Positions 26,924-36,341 of a DNA stretch of 64,000 nt are shown one piece after another; positions within the stretch are counted from its first letter, which is position 1, and each line of letters starts with the position of its first letter. The notes beneath the pieces are model-generated. The model saw only the letters and a program-made list of their open reading frames with translations, was not told the DNA's origin and did no database searches. The DNA comes from Verrucomicrobiota bacterium (GTDB lineage Bacteria; Verrucomicrobiota; Verrucomicrobiia; Verrucomicrobiales; V1-33), in assembly GCA_039795165.1 (NCBI GenBank), contig JBDKER010000008.1, positions 64,053 through 128,052 of the forward strand, read 5' to 3'. The position numbers were made by a program, and so were the translations under genes.

Positions 26924-29662
26924 TCACTGGCGCGTGACACGCAATCTGAGAAATCGGCGTGCCGAGATTGAAGCCGCAAACGGATCACGAACCGCCACGG
27001 TGCGACTAAGCCCGGTTCCAGCCTCTGCGATGCCCACGCCGCCGACCAGCGCGACAAAGGCAGCTCCTCCACTGCTGCGAGCCAAGCCTGTCCACGGACC
27101 CGCAATGATGTCTGCGCCTTCTACTACCAGCGTGAGATCATTTCGATCTGTGAATCTGTTGAAGTTCAACTCAAGCCGACCTCCCGCATCATCCATTCCT
27201 ACACTAGGAATAGGCGCGCTGAATGCCATTAACGGGTCGCCTCCGAGCGCGTATTCAAGAAGGTTCACAAGTCCATCTCCATCTGGGTCAGCGGTGTCTG
27301 CAGCGACCCCATCATTCGCAATCAGCCCGAAGTATCTCAGTCTCCAGTCCTCCGAATGAGAAAGGCCCGCGGCAATGAGCGTGATTTCGAATGGATTCTC
27401 GTCCGCATCGCTGCTTGCGATTCTGAGCCGCGCAACTCGACTGCCGGTCCCGCCAGCGGTGAAGATAACTCCGAGATCAAAGCCCGCGCCAGGAGTCAGT
27501 GTATCTGGAGGTGTCGCAGCGAACGAGAAATCTGAACTATGCGTTCCGGTGATTGTTGCTGCAATGCCGGTGAGATCCATGTTTCCCACGTTGCGGAGTC
27601 TGAAGTTACGTATCACCGGTGTTCCGACCCCGATACTGCCGAAATCAACCATGGCAGTTCCGTTCAGGAGGCTTCGCCCGGCTGGTTGCTCAAGTGAAAT
27701 CTCGGCACCAACCGCTTGCCCTGTCAGCGTAACATCAAAAGGACTCTCATCCGGATCGTTACTGGTGATTCGCAGCACTGCTGATGGAGCATCGGGAACT
27801 CTAGCTACGAAGCGTACGGTGAACGTAGTACTGCTGCCTGGCGGCAGTACCGCAGGCAGTGTCTGGATAATAGCATAGTCGGAAGGATTGTTCCCCATCA
27901 CGCTCATTGTGATTCCTGTCAGATCAACGTCACCGGTGTTTCTGATTGCAAAAATTCGCGTTACCTGAGACCCTTGAGGAACTATCCCAAAGTCTACAAT
28001 TGAGAAACCATCGACGAGGACCAAGCCAAGTGGCTGATCGATTTGAATGTCGGCAGCAAGGCCAATCCCTGAGAGCGCGATGTCAAAAGGATTCTCATCT
28101 GTGTCGTTGCTTGCAATCCTTAATGATGCGGTGCGCAGCCCAGCCGCGCTAGGTGCAAACATGACACTGAATGTCATGGATGCACCCGCGGCTAGTGTGG
28201 TTGAGCTCAGCGTGCTCACTGTGAAATTGGAAGTGTGTGCTCCAATCCGGCTAATGGAAAGCCCCGTAAGTGCAGCGGTGCCTGAGTTGCGAACTGTAAA
28301 TGTTTTCACAGAACTGCTGCCGATCGCAGAACCGGCAAAATCTACGGCCGATGAGCCATCCACCAGCCCTTCGCCTGCTGGCTGCTCAACTTCAATCTCC
28401 GGACCGCCTGATAAGGTCCTGAAAGTCATGCCTGCCGAAGATCCTGTGCTCTCAATGGAGAGGCCATTCACGCGGTAGTAGTACGTTGTGCCTGCCAAGA
28501 GTCCCGTTATTTGTGCAGAAACACTCTGTGTCTCAGTTCCATTGGCAGGCGAAAGCGAAACACTAACTGTGGTTCCATACGCTGTTGTCAGACCATATTC
28601 AAACCAAGCTGTGGTTGCATACCCATTTGGGTTCACTGTTCCGTTCAGGGTTGCAGAAGTAATGGAAACGCCTGTTGCCTGGACAGCCGAGAGATATGGG
28701 CCGATTGGAGAGCCTTTTGAAATACGCCGATTGTTTGTATCGGCAACAAACAGATTACCCGTTTTGTCCACGGCGACTCCGTGCGGGTAATTGAATCTAG
28801 CTGCAGCACCGGTGCCGTCGGCATTGCCTTGGCTTCCATTACCGCCTGCAATCACAGCACCGCCGCTCGACGAAAATATTTTTTGAATTCTGTAGTTTTG
28901 GCTGTCTGCAACATACACATTTCCTGAACTGTCAGCTGAAATACCCTGCGGGTAGAGGTGTGATGTAGATAGCGTCGTAACTACTCCCTGAGGACTAACT
29001 TTTCGAACGCGGCCTACGTACCATTCTAAGACATACACATTGTCGCTTGAGTCTACTGCTACACTTGTGGGTGTGTCCAGCCGCGAGGCACCTCCGGTTC
29101 CGTTCGTTCCTCCCCGCTGTCCTGCGCTCCCGGCGATGGTCGTCACAGTTCCATCTGGTTTAATTTTCCGAAGAGTGTGATTATTGAAATCCGCTATAAA
29201 TAGGTTCCCTGTACTATCTAAAGCAATTCCCCTCGGTTCGCTAAATCTTGCGTTATCGCCGATTCCGTCATCGCTGCTGCTTTGCCCATCTCTACCAGCC
29301 AAGACACTTATAACACCTGATGGAGTCATCTTGTGAATTGTATGACGTTCGGCGCTTGAAAAGTACAGATTATCGGCGCTGTCTACGGCTATTCCCCAAA
29401 CTGCAAATGTGGGCTGCGGCAATGTACTTACTAAACCCGTTGGCGTTATCTTTCGAATTCTTGAGCCACCGGCCACGAAAATATTGCCATGCCCATCGAT
29501 GGCCAGTTGCTCAGGACTGCTAAAACGAGCAACACTGCCGATACCGTCAGTGGAACCATATTCTCCGGGCTGGCCGGCAAAATTTGTCCACGAATACTGC
29601 TGAGCATGAACAGCCAGTGGGACGAGAAGCTGCAGTAACAGGAGAACTCTTTTGAGAAACAT
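26924..29662 (-). CDS. secreted NHL-repeat beta-propeller / choice-of-anchor-D (HYDIN/ASH-like) repeat protein
   Basis: 912 aa with the signal peptide MFLKRVLLLLQLLVPLAVHA. Contains repeated NHL-like blades (GIA.D..GN.YVAD...RI.K). An FN3-like domain follows, then 4 copies of FTVRNSGTAxLTG...LRIASNDxDENPF. Ends in a C-terminal DPDGDGLVNLLEYALGGDP tail. Confidence 0.8.
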   Translation of the reverse strand: MFLKRVLLLLQLLVPLAVHAQQYSWTNFAGQPGEYGSTDGIGSVARFSSPEQLAIDGHGNIFVAGGSRIRKITPTGLVSTLPQPTFAVWGIAVDSADNLYFSSAERHTIHKMTPSGVISVLAGRDGQSSSDDGIGDNARFSEPRGIALDSTGNLFIADFNNHTLRKIKPDGTVTTIAGSAGQRGGTNGTGGASRLDTPTSVAVDSSDNVYVLEWYVGRVRKVSPQGVVTTLSTSHLYPQGISADSSGNVYVADSQNYRIQKIFSSSGGAVIAGGNGSQGNADGTGAAARFNYPHGVAVDKTGNLFVADTNNRRISKGSPIGPYLSAVQATGVSITSATLNGTVNPNGYATTAWFEYGLTTAYGTTVSVSLSPANGTETQSVSAQITGLLAGTTYYYRVNGLSIESTGSSAGMTFRTLSGGPEIEVEQPAGEGLVDGSSAVDFAGSAIGSSSVKTFTVRNSGTAALTGLSISRIGAHTSNFTVSTLSSTTLAAGASMTFSVMFAPSAAGLRTASLRIASNDTDENPFDIALSGIGLAADIQIDQPLGLVLVDGFSIVDFGIVPQGSQVTRIFAIRNTGDVDLTGITMSVMGNNPSDYAIIQTLPAVLPPGSSTTFTVRFVARVPDAPSAVLRITSNDPDESPFDVTLTGQAVGAEISLEQPAGRSLLNGTAMVDFGSIGVGTPVIRNFRLRNVGNMDLTGIAATITGTHSSDFSFAATPPDTLTPGAGFDLGVIFTAGGTGSRVARLRIASSDADENPFEITLIAAGLSHSEDWRLRYFGLIANDGVAADTADPDGDGLVNLLEYALGGDPLMAFSAPIPSVGMDDAGGRLELNFNRFTDRNDLTLVVEGADIIAGPWTGLARSSGGAAFVALVGGVGIAEAGTGLSRTVAVRDPFAASISARRFLRLRVTRQ

Positions 29663-29838
29663 GATTCGTATTTAACGCATAGATGACGGGTTGCAAGCAA
29701 TTCGTCTGCTTTTGATACTAGCTCAAGTAACTGGCCGTGCTCAACCCTGCATTGAATTGGATACTGCGCAGTGCTTTCGCCGCATGATTAAATTGTTGTG
29801 GGGCTCAGGCACGGAACTGCTAATGAAATCAACGGCTG

Positions 29839-30222
29839 TCAAAGCGTTCTCAATTCCCCCCCCCTCTCCCTTGCCAGCCTGATGGCCTCTTTCCACGCAT
29901 CCACCCAGCCAGCCATGTCTCCTGCCGGGCTCTGCTGCGGGAGGAGTGTGGCAGAGGTACTGAGCCGATGTCCCGGCACGAGCAGGCTGATGGCTTCGCG
30001 TCTGGCGGCCAGCACGGCATCAGCAATGGCGGCGAGGCCCGGTTCCGCCTGCTTCGCGGCTTCCTCCATGATGCCTGAAGACGCCGGATCGAGCGGCTCG
30101 ATGAGGCAGGCCTGCCATGCCTGACTGAACGCAGCGGAGAACTCTCCGGCGGCCAGCAGGGTGCGTGCTTCCTCCATGAGTTCTTCGTATGTCGGTTCGT
30201 CCGGGTCGGCATATCCGTGCAT
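29839..30222 (-). CDS. hypothetical protein
   Basis: Start taken at the internal ATG 30222 (MHGYADPDEPTYEELMEEAR...), which avoids overlap with the divergent 30353 gene. Codon third positions are GC-rich. No recognisable domain. Confidence 0.35.
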   Translation of the reverse strand: MHGYADPDEPTYEELMEEARTLLAAGEFSAAFSQAWQACLIEPLDPASSGIMEEAAKQAEPGLAAIADAVLAARREAISLLVPGHRLSTSATLLPQQSPAGDMAGWVDAWKEAIRLARERGGELRTL

Positions 30223-30352
30223 GCCGGGGATTCTTGTGGAGTTGGTGTCGTGGAATCTCTGGGTGTGGAGATGGGAAGGGTGGCTAAGGGCATCCGTTGA
30301 TCCGTGGGGTTGAGGTGTTGAGGGTTGGTGGGATCGGTGCTGGGGGAAGGGG

Positions 30353-33097
30353 ATGCTCTGGTTACTGATTTGTGCCTGCTTCGTGTCGTCTGCGGTGGTG
30401 GTCATGGCGGTACCGCGGGAGGTGGCGGTGGCGGATGGCTGGACGGTCGGTCCGGCGGTGACGGTGGGACTGGTGGAGCGACCGGTGGAGGCGAGTTTTG
30501 ATGACCGGGGACGGCTTTATGTGACGGAGGTTACGGGGACGAATGAGCCGCCGGAAGTGCAGCGGACGAAGGCCCCGCATCGGTTGCTGCTGCTGGAGGA
30601 CACGGATGGCGATGGGATTTTCGACCGCCGTGTGGTCTTTGCGGACCGCCTTGGCTTTCCGGAGGGTGTGCTCTGGCATGACGGTGCGGTCTATGTTTCC
30701 GTGCCACCGGAGATTCTGAGGTTCAGCGACCGCGATGGTGACGGTTCCGCGGAGGAACGGACCGTCTGGTTCGATGGGAAGACGCTCACGGGGTGTGCCA
30801 ACGATCTGCATGGTCCCTATGCGGGTCCCGATGGACTGCTCTACTGGTGCAAAGGGGCGTTTGCGGAACAGGCCTGCGACTTGCCCGGTCGGCCCCGCTG
30901 GAAGTCCCGGGCCGCCCATGTCTTCCGCATGAAGCCGGATGGGTCGGCTTTCGATGTCGTCTTCACCGCGGGCATGGACAATCCGGTCGGTCTGGCGTGG
31001 ACGCCGGAAGGCGACCTCATGGTGTGCGGCACCTTCCTTCAGCATCCGGGCGATGGAAGGCGCGATGGGATCATTCACGCGGTGCGCGGCGGGCTCTGGG
31101 GAAAGGATCACGACGTGCTCGACGGTCATTACCGTACGGGACCGCTACTGCCCCCCATGACGCATCTGGGTCCGGCTGCACCAGCCGGCATGTGCCGCTA
31201 CGGGGGAGACCTCCTTGTCTGCCAGTTCAACCTTCGCCGCGTCAGTCAGCATGAACTGGAACCCGATGGGGCCACATGGAAGTCGCGGGACAGCGATTTC
31301 CTGAGCAGTGAAGATCCGGATTTTCACCCTACCGATGTCCTGCAGGCTCCGGACGGCAGTGTCCTTGTCATTGATACCGGAGGGTGGTACAAGCTCTGCT
31401 GCCCGACGAGTCAGGTGGCCCGGCCGGAGGCGACCGGGTCCATTTATCGTCTCAGAAAGAAAGGCGGCGAAATCCCGGTGGATTGCCCGCCCCCGCGCTG
31501 GAGCGCGGCTGCGGTCCGTGACGACGCGGCGAATCCTTTGGCGTCTTCCCATCCCCATATCCGGCGGCGCGCCCTTGAGACCTTGGCCGCCGACCCCGGC
31601 ACCGCCCCGGAGAGGCTGGCGGCTGCCATCCAGCAGGCGGCTTCGGCCGATCACATCGACCGTTTCTCGGAACACGCCATCATCCACGCGGCTTCCTGTC
31701 TGCGCGACGCCGAACTAGTCCGTCCGATGCTTTCCGAGGCCAATCCGGTCCTCGTCCGCACGGCGCTGTGGTGGTTTGCGCAGCGTGAACCCGCGGGCCT
31801 CGCCGGGGCGGAAGTCCTGCCAAAGCTGCACGACCCGGATGAAGGAACGCGCCGGGCCGCGGTGTTCGGGCTGCGCACGGTAGCCGCATGGCGCGACGCA
31901 GCCGGCCCATGGCTCGAAACCCAGATCGTCAGCGGAGAATTCCAGGAATCCCTCGGCCCAGCAGTCGATGCCATTGTCCAGACAACCGGCAGCGCCCCCG
32001 CGCTCGCCCGCTGGCTCGGCATGGCGAAATCCCCCGCATGGCAGCTTGCCCTCCTCGCGGCCATGGAGTCGTCTGCTCCTGCGGAACAGGAACTCCCGGA
32101 GGCCCTTGCGTCCGCCGTGCTGCCTTTGCTCGACGCTTCCCCGGCAACTGCGGAACGCGCCGCCGCTTTCCTCACCCGCGGGGCACCCGCCTCCCTGCAG
32201 TCGGCAATCGCTGCCGTCGCGCATGATTCCGCCCGCCCCGCTGCGGTCCGACTCCCTCTCTTCGCAGCCCGCCGCCCTTCCATCCTCAGCGACGAAGCCT
32301 TCGCCTTCCTCCTCAAATCGCTCGCCGAGTCTCCGGGCATGGCTGAGTACGCCGCCCGCACCCTTGCCGCCGCCCGACTCACCGCTCCGCAGCGCGGCGG
32401 CCTCCTTCCGGAAATCCCGCGGGCCTCCCTTCTGCTCCGTCCCGTCCTTCTCAAGGCATTCGCCGGCATCACGGAGGAACGCAGCGCGCGCGCTCTCCTC
32501 CATTCCCTGCGCGATTCCGGAGCCCTCGCCACTCTGCCAGAAGCCGCTCTCGATGAATGTTTCGCATCAGCCCCAACGGCGGTCAGGGATGACCTCGCGG
32601 CCGCCCGCAAGGCCCTCTCCCCGGACGCGGAGGCGCAGCGCACCCGGGTCGACGAACTCGAAAGATCTCTGCCCCCCGGCGACCCCCAGCAGGGCAAAGT
32701 CGTCTTCCAGAGCGCCGCCGCCTCCTGCGCCCTCTGCCACCAGGCCGGCTACCTCGGCCGACCCTTCGGACCAGACCTTTCCCGCATCGGCAGCATCCGC
32801 ACCCGCCGCGACCTCCTCGAAGCCATCGCCTTTCCCTCCGCCAGCTTCGTCCGCAGCTTCGAAGCCATCGAAATCAGAAAGACCGACGGTTCCCTCGTCC
32901 ATGGCCTCCTCGCCGGACAGAACCATACCGCCATCACCCTCGCCACCAGCCCCCTCACACCCGCTCTCAGCATCCCCCGTCAGCAGATCGCCAGCGTCGC
33001 ACCCGCTCCCGCCTCCCTCATGCCCCAGGGCATCGACCGCATCCTCTCCCCGACCCAACTCGCCGATCTCACCGCCTTTCTCCTGTCCCTCCGCTGA
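30353..33097 (+). CDS. PVC-type membrane-bound dehydrogenase-like / HEAT-repeat / CxxCH heme-binding protein
   Basis: 914 aa. N-terminal DDRGRLYVTE...LEDTDGDGIFD...DGAVYV propeller-like region. Ala/Leu-rich HEAT-like middle. C-terminal cytochrome c motif AASCALCHQAGYLG. Confidence 0.8.
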   Translation: MLWLLICACFVSSAVVVMAVPREVAVADGWTVGPAVTVGLVERPVEASFDDRGRLYVTEVTGTNEPPEVQRTKAPHRLLLLEDTDGDGIFDRRVVFADRLGFPEGVLWHDGAVYVSVPPEILRFSDRDGDGSAEERTVWFDGKTLTGCANDLHGPYAGPDGLLYWCKGAFAEQACDLPGRPRWKSRAAHVFRMKPDGSAFDVVFTAGMDNPVGLAWTPEGDLMVCGTFLQHPGDGRRDGIIHAVRGGLWGKDHDVLDGHYRTGPLLPPMTHLGPAAPAGMCRYGGDLLVCQFNLRRVSQHELEPDGATWKSRDSDFLSSEDPDFHPTDVLQAPDGSVLVIDTGGWYKLCCPTSQVARPEATGSIYRLRKKGGEIPVDCPPPRWSAAAVRDDAANPLASSHPHIRRRALETLAADPGTAPERLAAAIQQAASADHIDRFSEHAIIHAASCLRDAELVRPMLSEANPVLVRTALWWFAQREPAGLAGAEVLPKLHDPDEGTRRAAVFGLRTVAAWRDAAGPWLETQIVSGEFQESLGPAVDAIVQTTGSAPALARWLGMAKSPAWQLALLAAMESSAPAEQELPEALASAVLPLLDASPATAERAAAFLTRGAPASLQSAIAAVAHDSARPAAVRLPLFAARRPSILSDEAFAFLLKSLAESPGMAEYAARTLAAARLTAPQRGGLLPEIPRASLLLRPVLLKAFAGITEERSARALLHSLRDSGALATLPEAALDECFASAPTAVRDDLAAARKALSPDAEAQRTRVDELERSLPPGDPQQGKVVFQSAAASCALCHQAGYLGRPFGPDLSRIGSIRTRRDLLEAIAFPSASFVRSFEAIEIRKTDGSLVHGLLAGQNHTAITLATSPLTPALSIPRQQIASVAPAPASLMPQGIDRILSPTQLADLTAFLLSLR

Positions 33098-33387
33098 TCC
33101 CACCGCCCCGGACGCCTGCCCCGGATGGTCCGCCGCCTATCGTAAATTCCTTGGTGTCTTGGGGTTGGGGTTTTAGAAATTCAATGATTTCCAAATTTTT
33201 CCACTTGATTGCGGCGCTCTTTTCAGTAAAAAACATTAACCTTGGGGCAATCCTGAAAATCAATTTTTCATGACCTTAAGCGCTTAATCCGACCACGCTG
33301 CGACGACAAGCCATCTGCAGTGCGCCTACCCCGCATTGCACGCACGCAGAAATCTTCATGAGAGCCTCTTCGAGAAGACTGGCCAAG

Positions 33388-33399
33388 GGCGGTAGCGTG
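33388..33399 (+). promoter_or_regulatory. ops (operon polarity suppressor)/JUMPstart-like element GGCGGTAGCGTG
   Basis: Perfect 12/12 match to the enterobacterial RfaH recruitment site. It is on the non-template strand, 176 nt upstream of the first gene of the glycan locus. Confidence 0.55.
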
Positions 33400-33494
33400 A
33401 GCAAAGCGCAGGCCCCATCCGCAGGGGTCCATCCTCAGGGAGGTGACTCCCTCAGCCCTCGACTGCGCCGCCACTCTTTCCAGCACCCCGGAAC

Positions 33495-33522
33495 CCGGAT
33501 CCGCGGCCGGACCCGGTTTTTT
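33495..33522 (+). terminator. leader intrinsic terminator (putative attenuator) upstream of the glycan operon
   Basis: Stem CCGGATCCG/CGGACCCGG (33495-33503 / 33508-33516, one A.C mismatch) with a CGGC loop, followed by TTTTTT (33517-33522). The start codon is 53 nt downstream. Confidence 0.5.
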
Positions 33523-33574
33523 CCAATGGCACATGAGCGATCAAACAGATCTGCAGGGGCCCCGCGGTCATGAA

Positions 33575-35227
33575 ATGAAACCCCTGGTTCTCATTCAGTG
33601 CAGAGCGTCCTCCACGCGCTTGCCCGGCAAAGCCCTGCTTCCGGTACGCGGAGTGCCGTCGGTTCTCCTGTGCGCACAGCGGGCCGCCAATACAGGCCTG
33701 GAAATCCTCGTCGTAATCTCTGATGATCCCTCCGACGACGAACTGTGGGCCACGCTTGAAGCAAGGGGAATCCCCTGCTGTCGCGGCAGTCTGCAGGATG
33801 TTCTTTCGCGCTTTAACTATGCAATTGAGGGTCGCAGCGATGATACTCCTGTCGTGCGCCTCACCGCAGATAATCTCTACATCGATGGGGCTTTGATCGA
33901 GGAAGCTGTAGAAGCTTTTCATAACGGAAACCTCAATTATCTCGGACTCCACCCGCCTGCTCTCACGGGTGCGCCCTACGGACTAAGTGCCGAGGTGACA
34001 TGGGCTAAGAACATCCGGGAAGCGCACCGCAATGCCACGGATGGATTTGACCGCGAACACGTCACTCCATGGATCATCCGGGCGCATGGTCTCGCTGTGC
34101 ATCGTCCCGCCGGTCTCCAGTCAGGACTCACGCACCTTCGCTGCACGATGGATTCCTGGTCGGATTATCAGCGGGTCCTGAAGTCCTTCCGGCAAGTGCC
34201 CGATCCGGTGCGCGCCGGATGGCAGACTTTGGTCGGGATGCTGCAGAAAGACTTTCCGGAAAATGGGTTTCCGCTGCGTTTCTCCACGAAAGGAAGCATA
34301 GCTGAACTGGCGCTCGGCACTGTGCAGATCGGAGTTCCGTACGGAGTCTCCAACACCGCTGGCCAACCCAGTTTCGAGATCGCCAAGCGACTCGTGGAGT
34401 GCGCTGTTGCGCACGGTGTTACTCATCTTGACTGCGCTGCTGACTACGGAAGCGCGGAATCACGTCTGGGCCGAATTGTCACCGAAGACCTGAGGAGCCG
34501 GGTCACCGTAGTCACTAAACTTGCACCGCTCACGGATTTGCGTGAGGACTGCAGCGACGAAGACACTAGAAACTACGTGGAGGCCAGCGTGTACCGGTCC
34601 CTCGCAAACCTGAGGCTCGACGAACTGCCCGTTCTGCTGCTGCATCGCTGGCATCACCGCAGCAGTCATGGCGGCCGGGTCTGGGCTGTGCTCCGGAAAC
34701 TTCAGGAAAAAGGGGTCGTCGGGACCCTTGGTGCATCAGTACAGAGTCCCGCTGAGGCCATCGAGGCGATCACGGATCCCGAGATCAAGTTCATCCAGCT
34801 TCCTGTCAATCTGCTCGACCGCAGGTTTCAGAGAATGGATTTCCCGGCGAGAGCCAAAGAGAGGACCGATGTGATCATTCAGGCCCGCAGCGTTTTTCTT
34901 CAGGGCCTGCTGCTGATGCCACCGTCCAGCTGGCCGGAATTTTCCGATCCTGACACCAGCCTCCTTCATGCAAAGCTCCAGTCTCTGGCGGAAAGTTTTA
35001 AACGAGACAGTATTGCGGAATTGTGCGTGGCCTATGTCCGCGCTCAGCCATGGGTCGATTGCATGGTTGTCGGCATGCAGAACGCAGATCAATTGAAGGC
35101 AAATGCGGTGCTGTTCAAAAAACCACCGTTAAGCGTCGCAGAGTGTCAGGAGATCGAAGCAGCATTCCCGAATCTGCCGGAGTGCCTTCTGAATCCAGCC
35201 CGATGGAAGGAAGCAAGAAAAGCATGA
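33575..35227 (+). CDS. PseF/SpsF-like cytidylyltransferase fused to an aldo/keto reductase domain
   Basis: ATG at 33575. The N-terminus MKPLVLIQCRASSTRLPGKALLPV is a CTP_transf_3/SpsF-type motif. The C-terminal half, LALGTVQIGVPYGVSN...THLDCAADYGSAESRLG, is AKR-like. Confidence 0.75.
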   Translation: MKPLVLIQCRASSTRLPGKALLPVRGVPSVLLCAQRAANTGLEILVVISDDPSDDELWATLEARGIPCCRGSLQDVLSRFNYAIEGRSDDTPVVRLTADNLYIDGALIEEAVEAFHNGNLNYLGLHPPALTGAPYGLSAEVTWAKNIREAHRNATDGFDREHVTPWIIRAHGLAVHRPAGLQSGLTHLRCTMDSWSDYQRVLKSFRQVPDPVRAGWQTLVGMLQKDFPENGFPLRFSTKGSIAELALGTVQIGVPYGVSNTAGQPSFEIAKRLVECAVAHGVTHLDCAADYGSAESRLGRIVTEDLRSRVTVVTKLAPLTDLREDCSDEDTRNYVEASVYRSLANLRLDELPVLLLHRWHHRSSHGGRVWAVLRKLQEKGVVGTLGASVQSPAEAIEAITDPEIKFIQLPVNLLDRRFQRMDFPARAKERTDVIIQARSVFLQGLLLMPPSSWPEFSDPDTSLLHAKLQSLAESFKRDSIAELCVAYVRAQPWVDCMVVGMQNADQLKANAVLFKKPPLSVAECQEIEAAFPNLPECLLNPARWKEARKA

Positions 35228-36012
35228 AAAGTCTCGACTTAAGGAATAAGTGCGTTCTTGTCACAGGTGCTGCGGGCCACCTTGGCAGGGCTATCTGCGG
35301 TCAACTTTCCTCAGCTGGTGCCCACTTGGTGGTCACTGGGCGGTCCATGGAGCGTCTGCGGGCACTGGTTGCGGAGCTTCGCGCCATGGGTGCACCAGCG
35401 ACCATGCTGCAGGCTGACATTGCGCAGGAATCCGAACGGCAGCGCATGGCTGAGTTCATTTCCGCGGAATTCGGGAAACTGGATGGGCTTGTGAACAATG
35501 CCTATGGCGGGGCAGTGGGAACTATTGAAACGAGCACCGTGGAACAGATACGTGCTAGTCTGGAAATCAGCATCACCGCGCCGTTCAATTTGGTGCAGCT
35601 GCTCCTTCCAGCATTGCGGAATTCCGGTGCAGCAAGCATCGTGAACATGGCATCAATGTATGGAATGGTCAGTCCGGATGGCAGGATCTACGGAAGCAGT
35701 GGTTACAATAGTCCGCCATTTTATGGCGCTGCAAAGGCTGGCCTGATTCAGATGACGCGTTATCTGGCGTGCCATCTTGCGGAGCATAATATCCGTGTCA
35801 ATGCGGTCAGCCCCGGGCCATTCCCGCCACAGAGCATCAAAGTAAACCAGCCGGAATTTCACGGCAAGCTTGCTGGGAAGGTGCCCATGGGCAGAATTGG
35901 GGTGGCCGATGAAATCGGCGGCGCAGTGCAGTTTCTCCTATCGGAGGCGGCTTCCTATATCACTGGAATCAATCTTCCCGTGGATGGAGGGTGGACGGCT
36001 GGAAGCAATTAG
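35224..36012 (+). CDS. SDR family oxidoreductase (FabG-like)
   Basis: ATG at 35224 (ATGA overlap). Contains VLVTGAAGHLGRAI, NNAYGG, the YGAAKAG catalytic motif, and INLPVDGGW. Confidence 0.85.
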   Translation: MKSLDLRNKCVLVTGAAGHLGRAICGQLSSAGAHLVVTGRSMERLRALVAELRAMGAPATMLQADIAQESERQRMAEFISAEFGKLDGLVNNAYGGAVGTIETSTVEQIRASLEISITAPFNLVQLLLPALRNSGAASIVNMASMYGMVSPDGRIYGSSGYNSPPFYGAAKAGLIQMTRYLACHLAEHNIRVNAVSPGPFPPQSIKVNQPEFHGKLAGKVPMGRIGVADEIGGAVQFLLSEAASYITGINLPVDGGWTAGSN

Positions 36013-36341
36013 GTCACGAAGGGCCCGAATCACGATAGAGCAAAGAGACCGGTGGAGAGATCACCGCAGAAAATACGCCCTGAAACACCAGCTTACGAAA
36101 TTCAATGGCAAGCGCCTGACGCCCCACTCCCTGCGTCCGTGTCAGGAACCTGCTGAGGTCTGGCTCAGGCAGCGGATCCGGGTAATGAAGCGTCAGGGAA
36201 AGCGGCTGTGCCTTGGACCAGTCGAAGGCACCCCGGCGGACCGCGGGCTTTCCGGAGAATTTCCCTCAGCTGCCATTCAAAGTCCCGACATGCACACCGG
36301 CGAATCCTTGCCTTTTTGAAGATAGACTCGTCTTGTTAACC

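Noticed and set aside
36013-36341. The 330-bp gap between the SDR and GT47 genes, examined for a decayed gene or structured RNA.
   Set aside because: Translations in all frames showed nothing recognisable. Only loose inverted repeats are present (GGAAAGC...GCTTTCC). The evidence is insufficient for any call.
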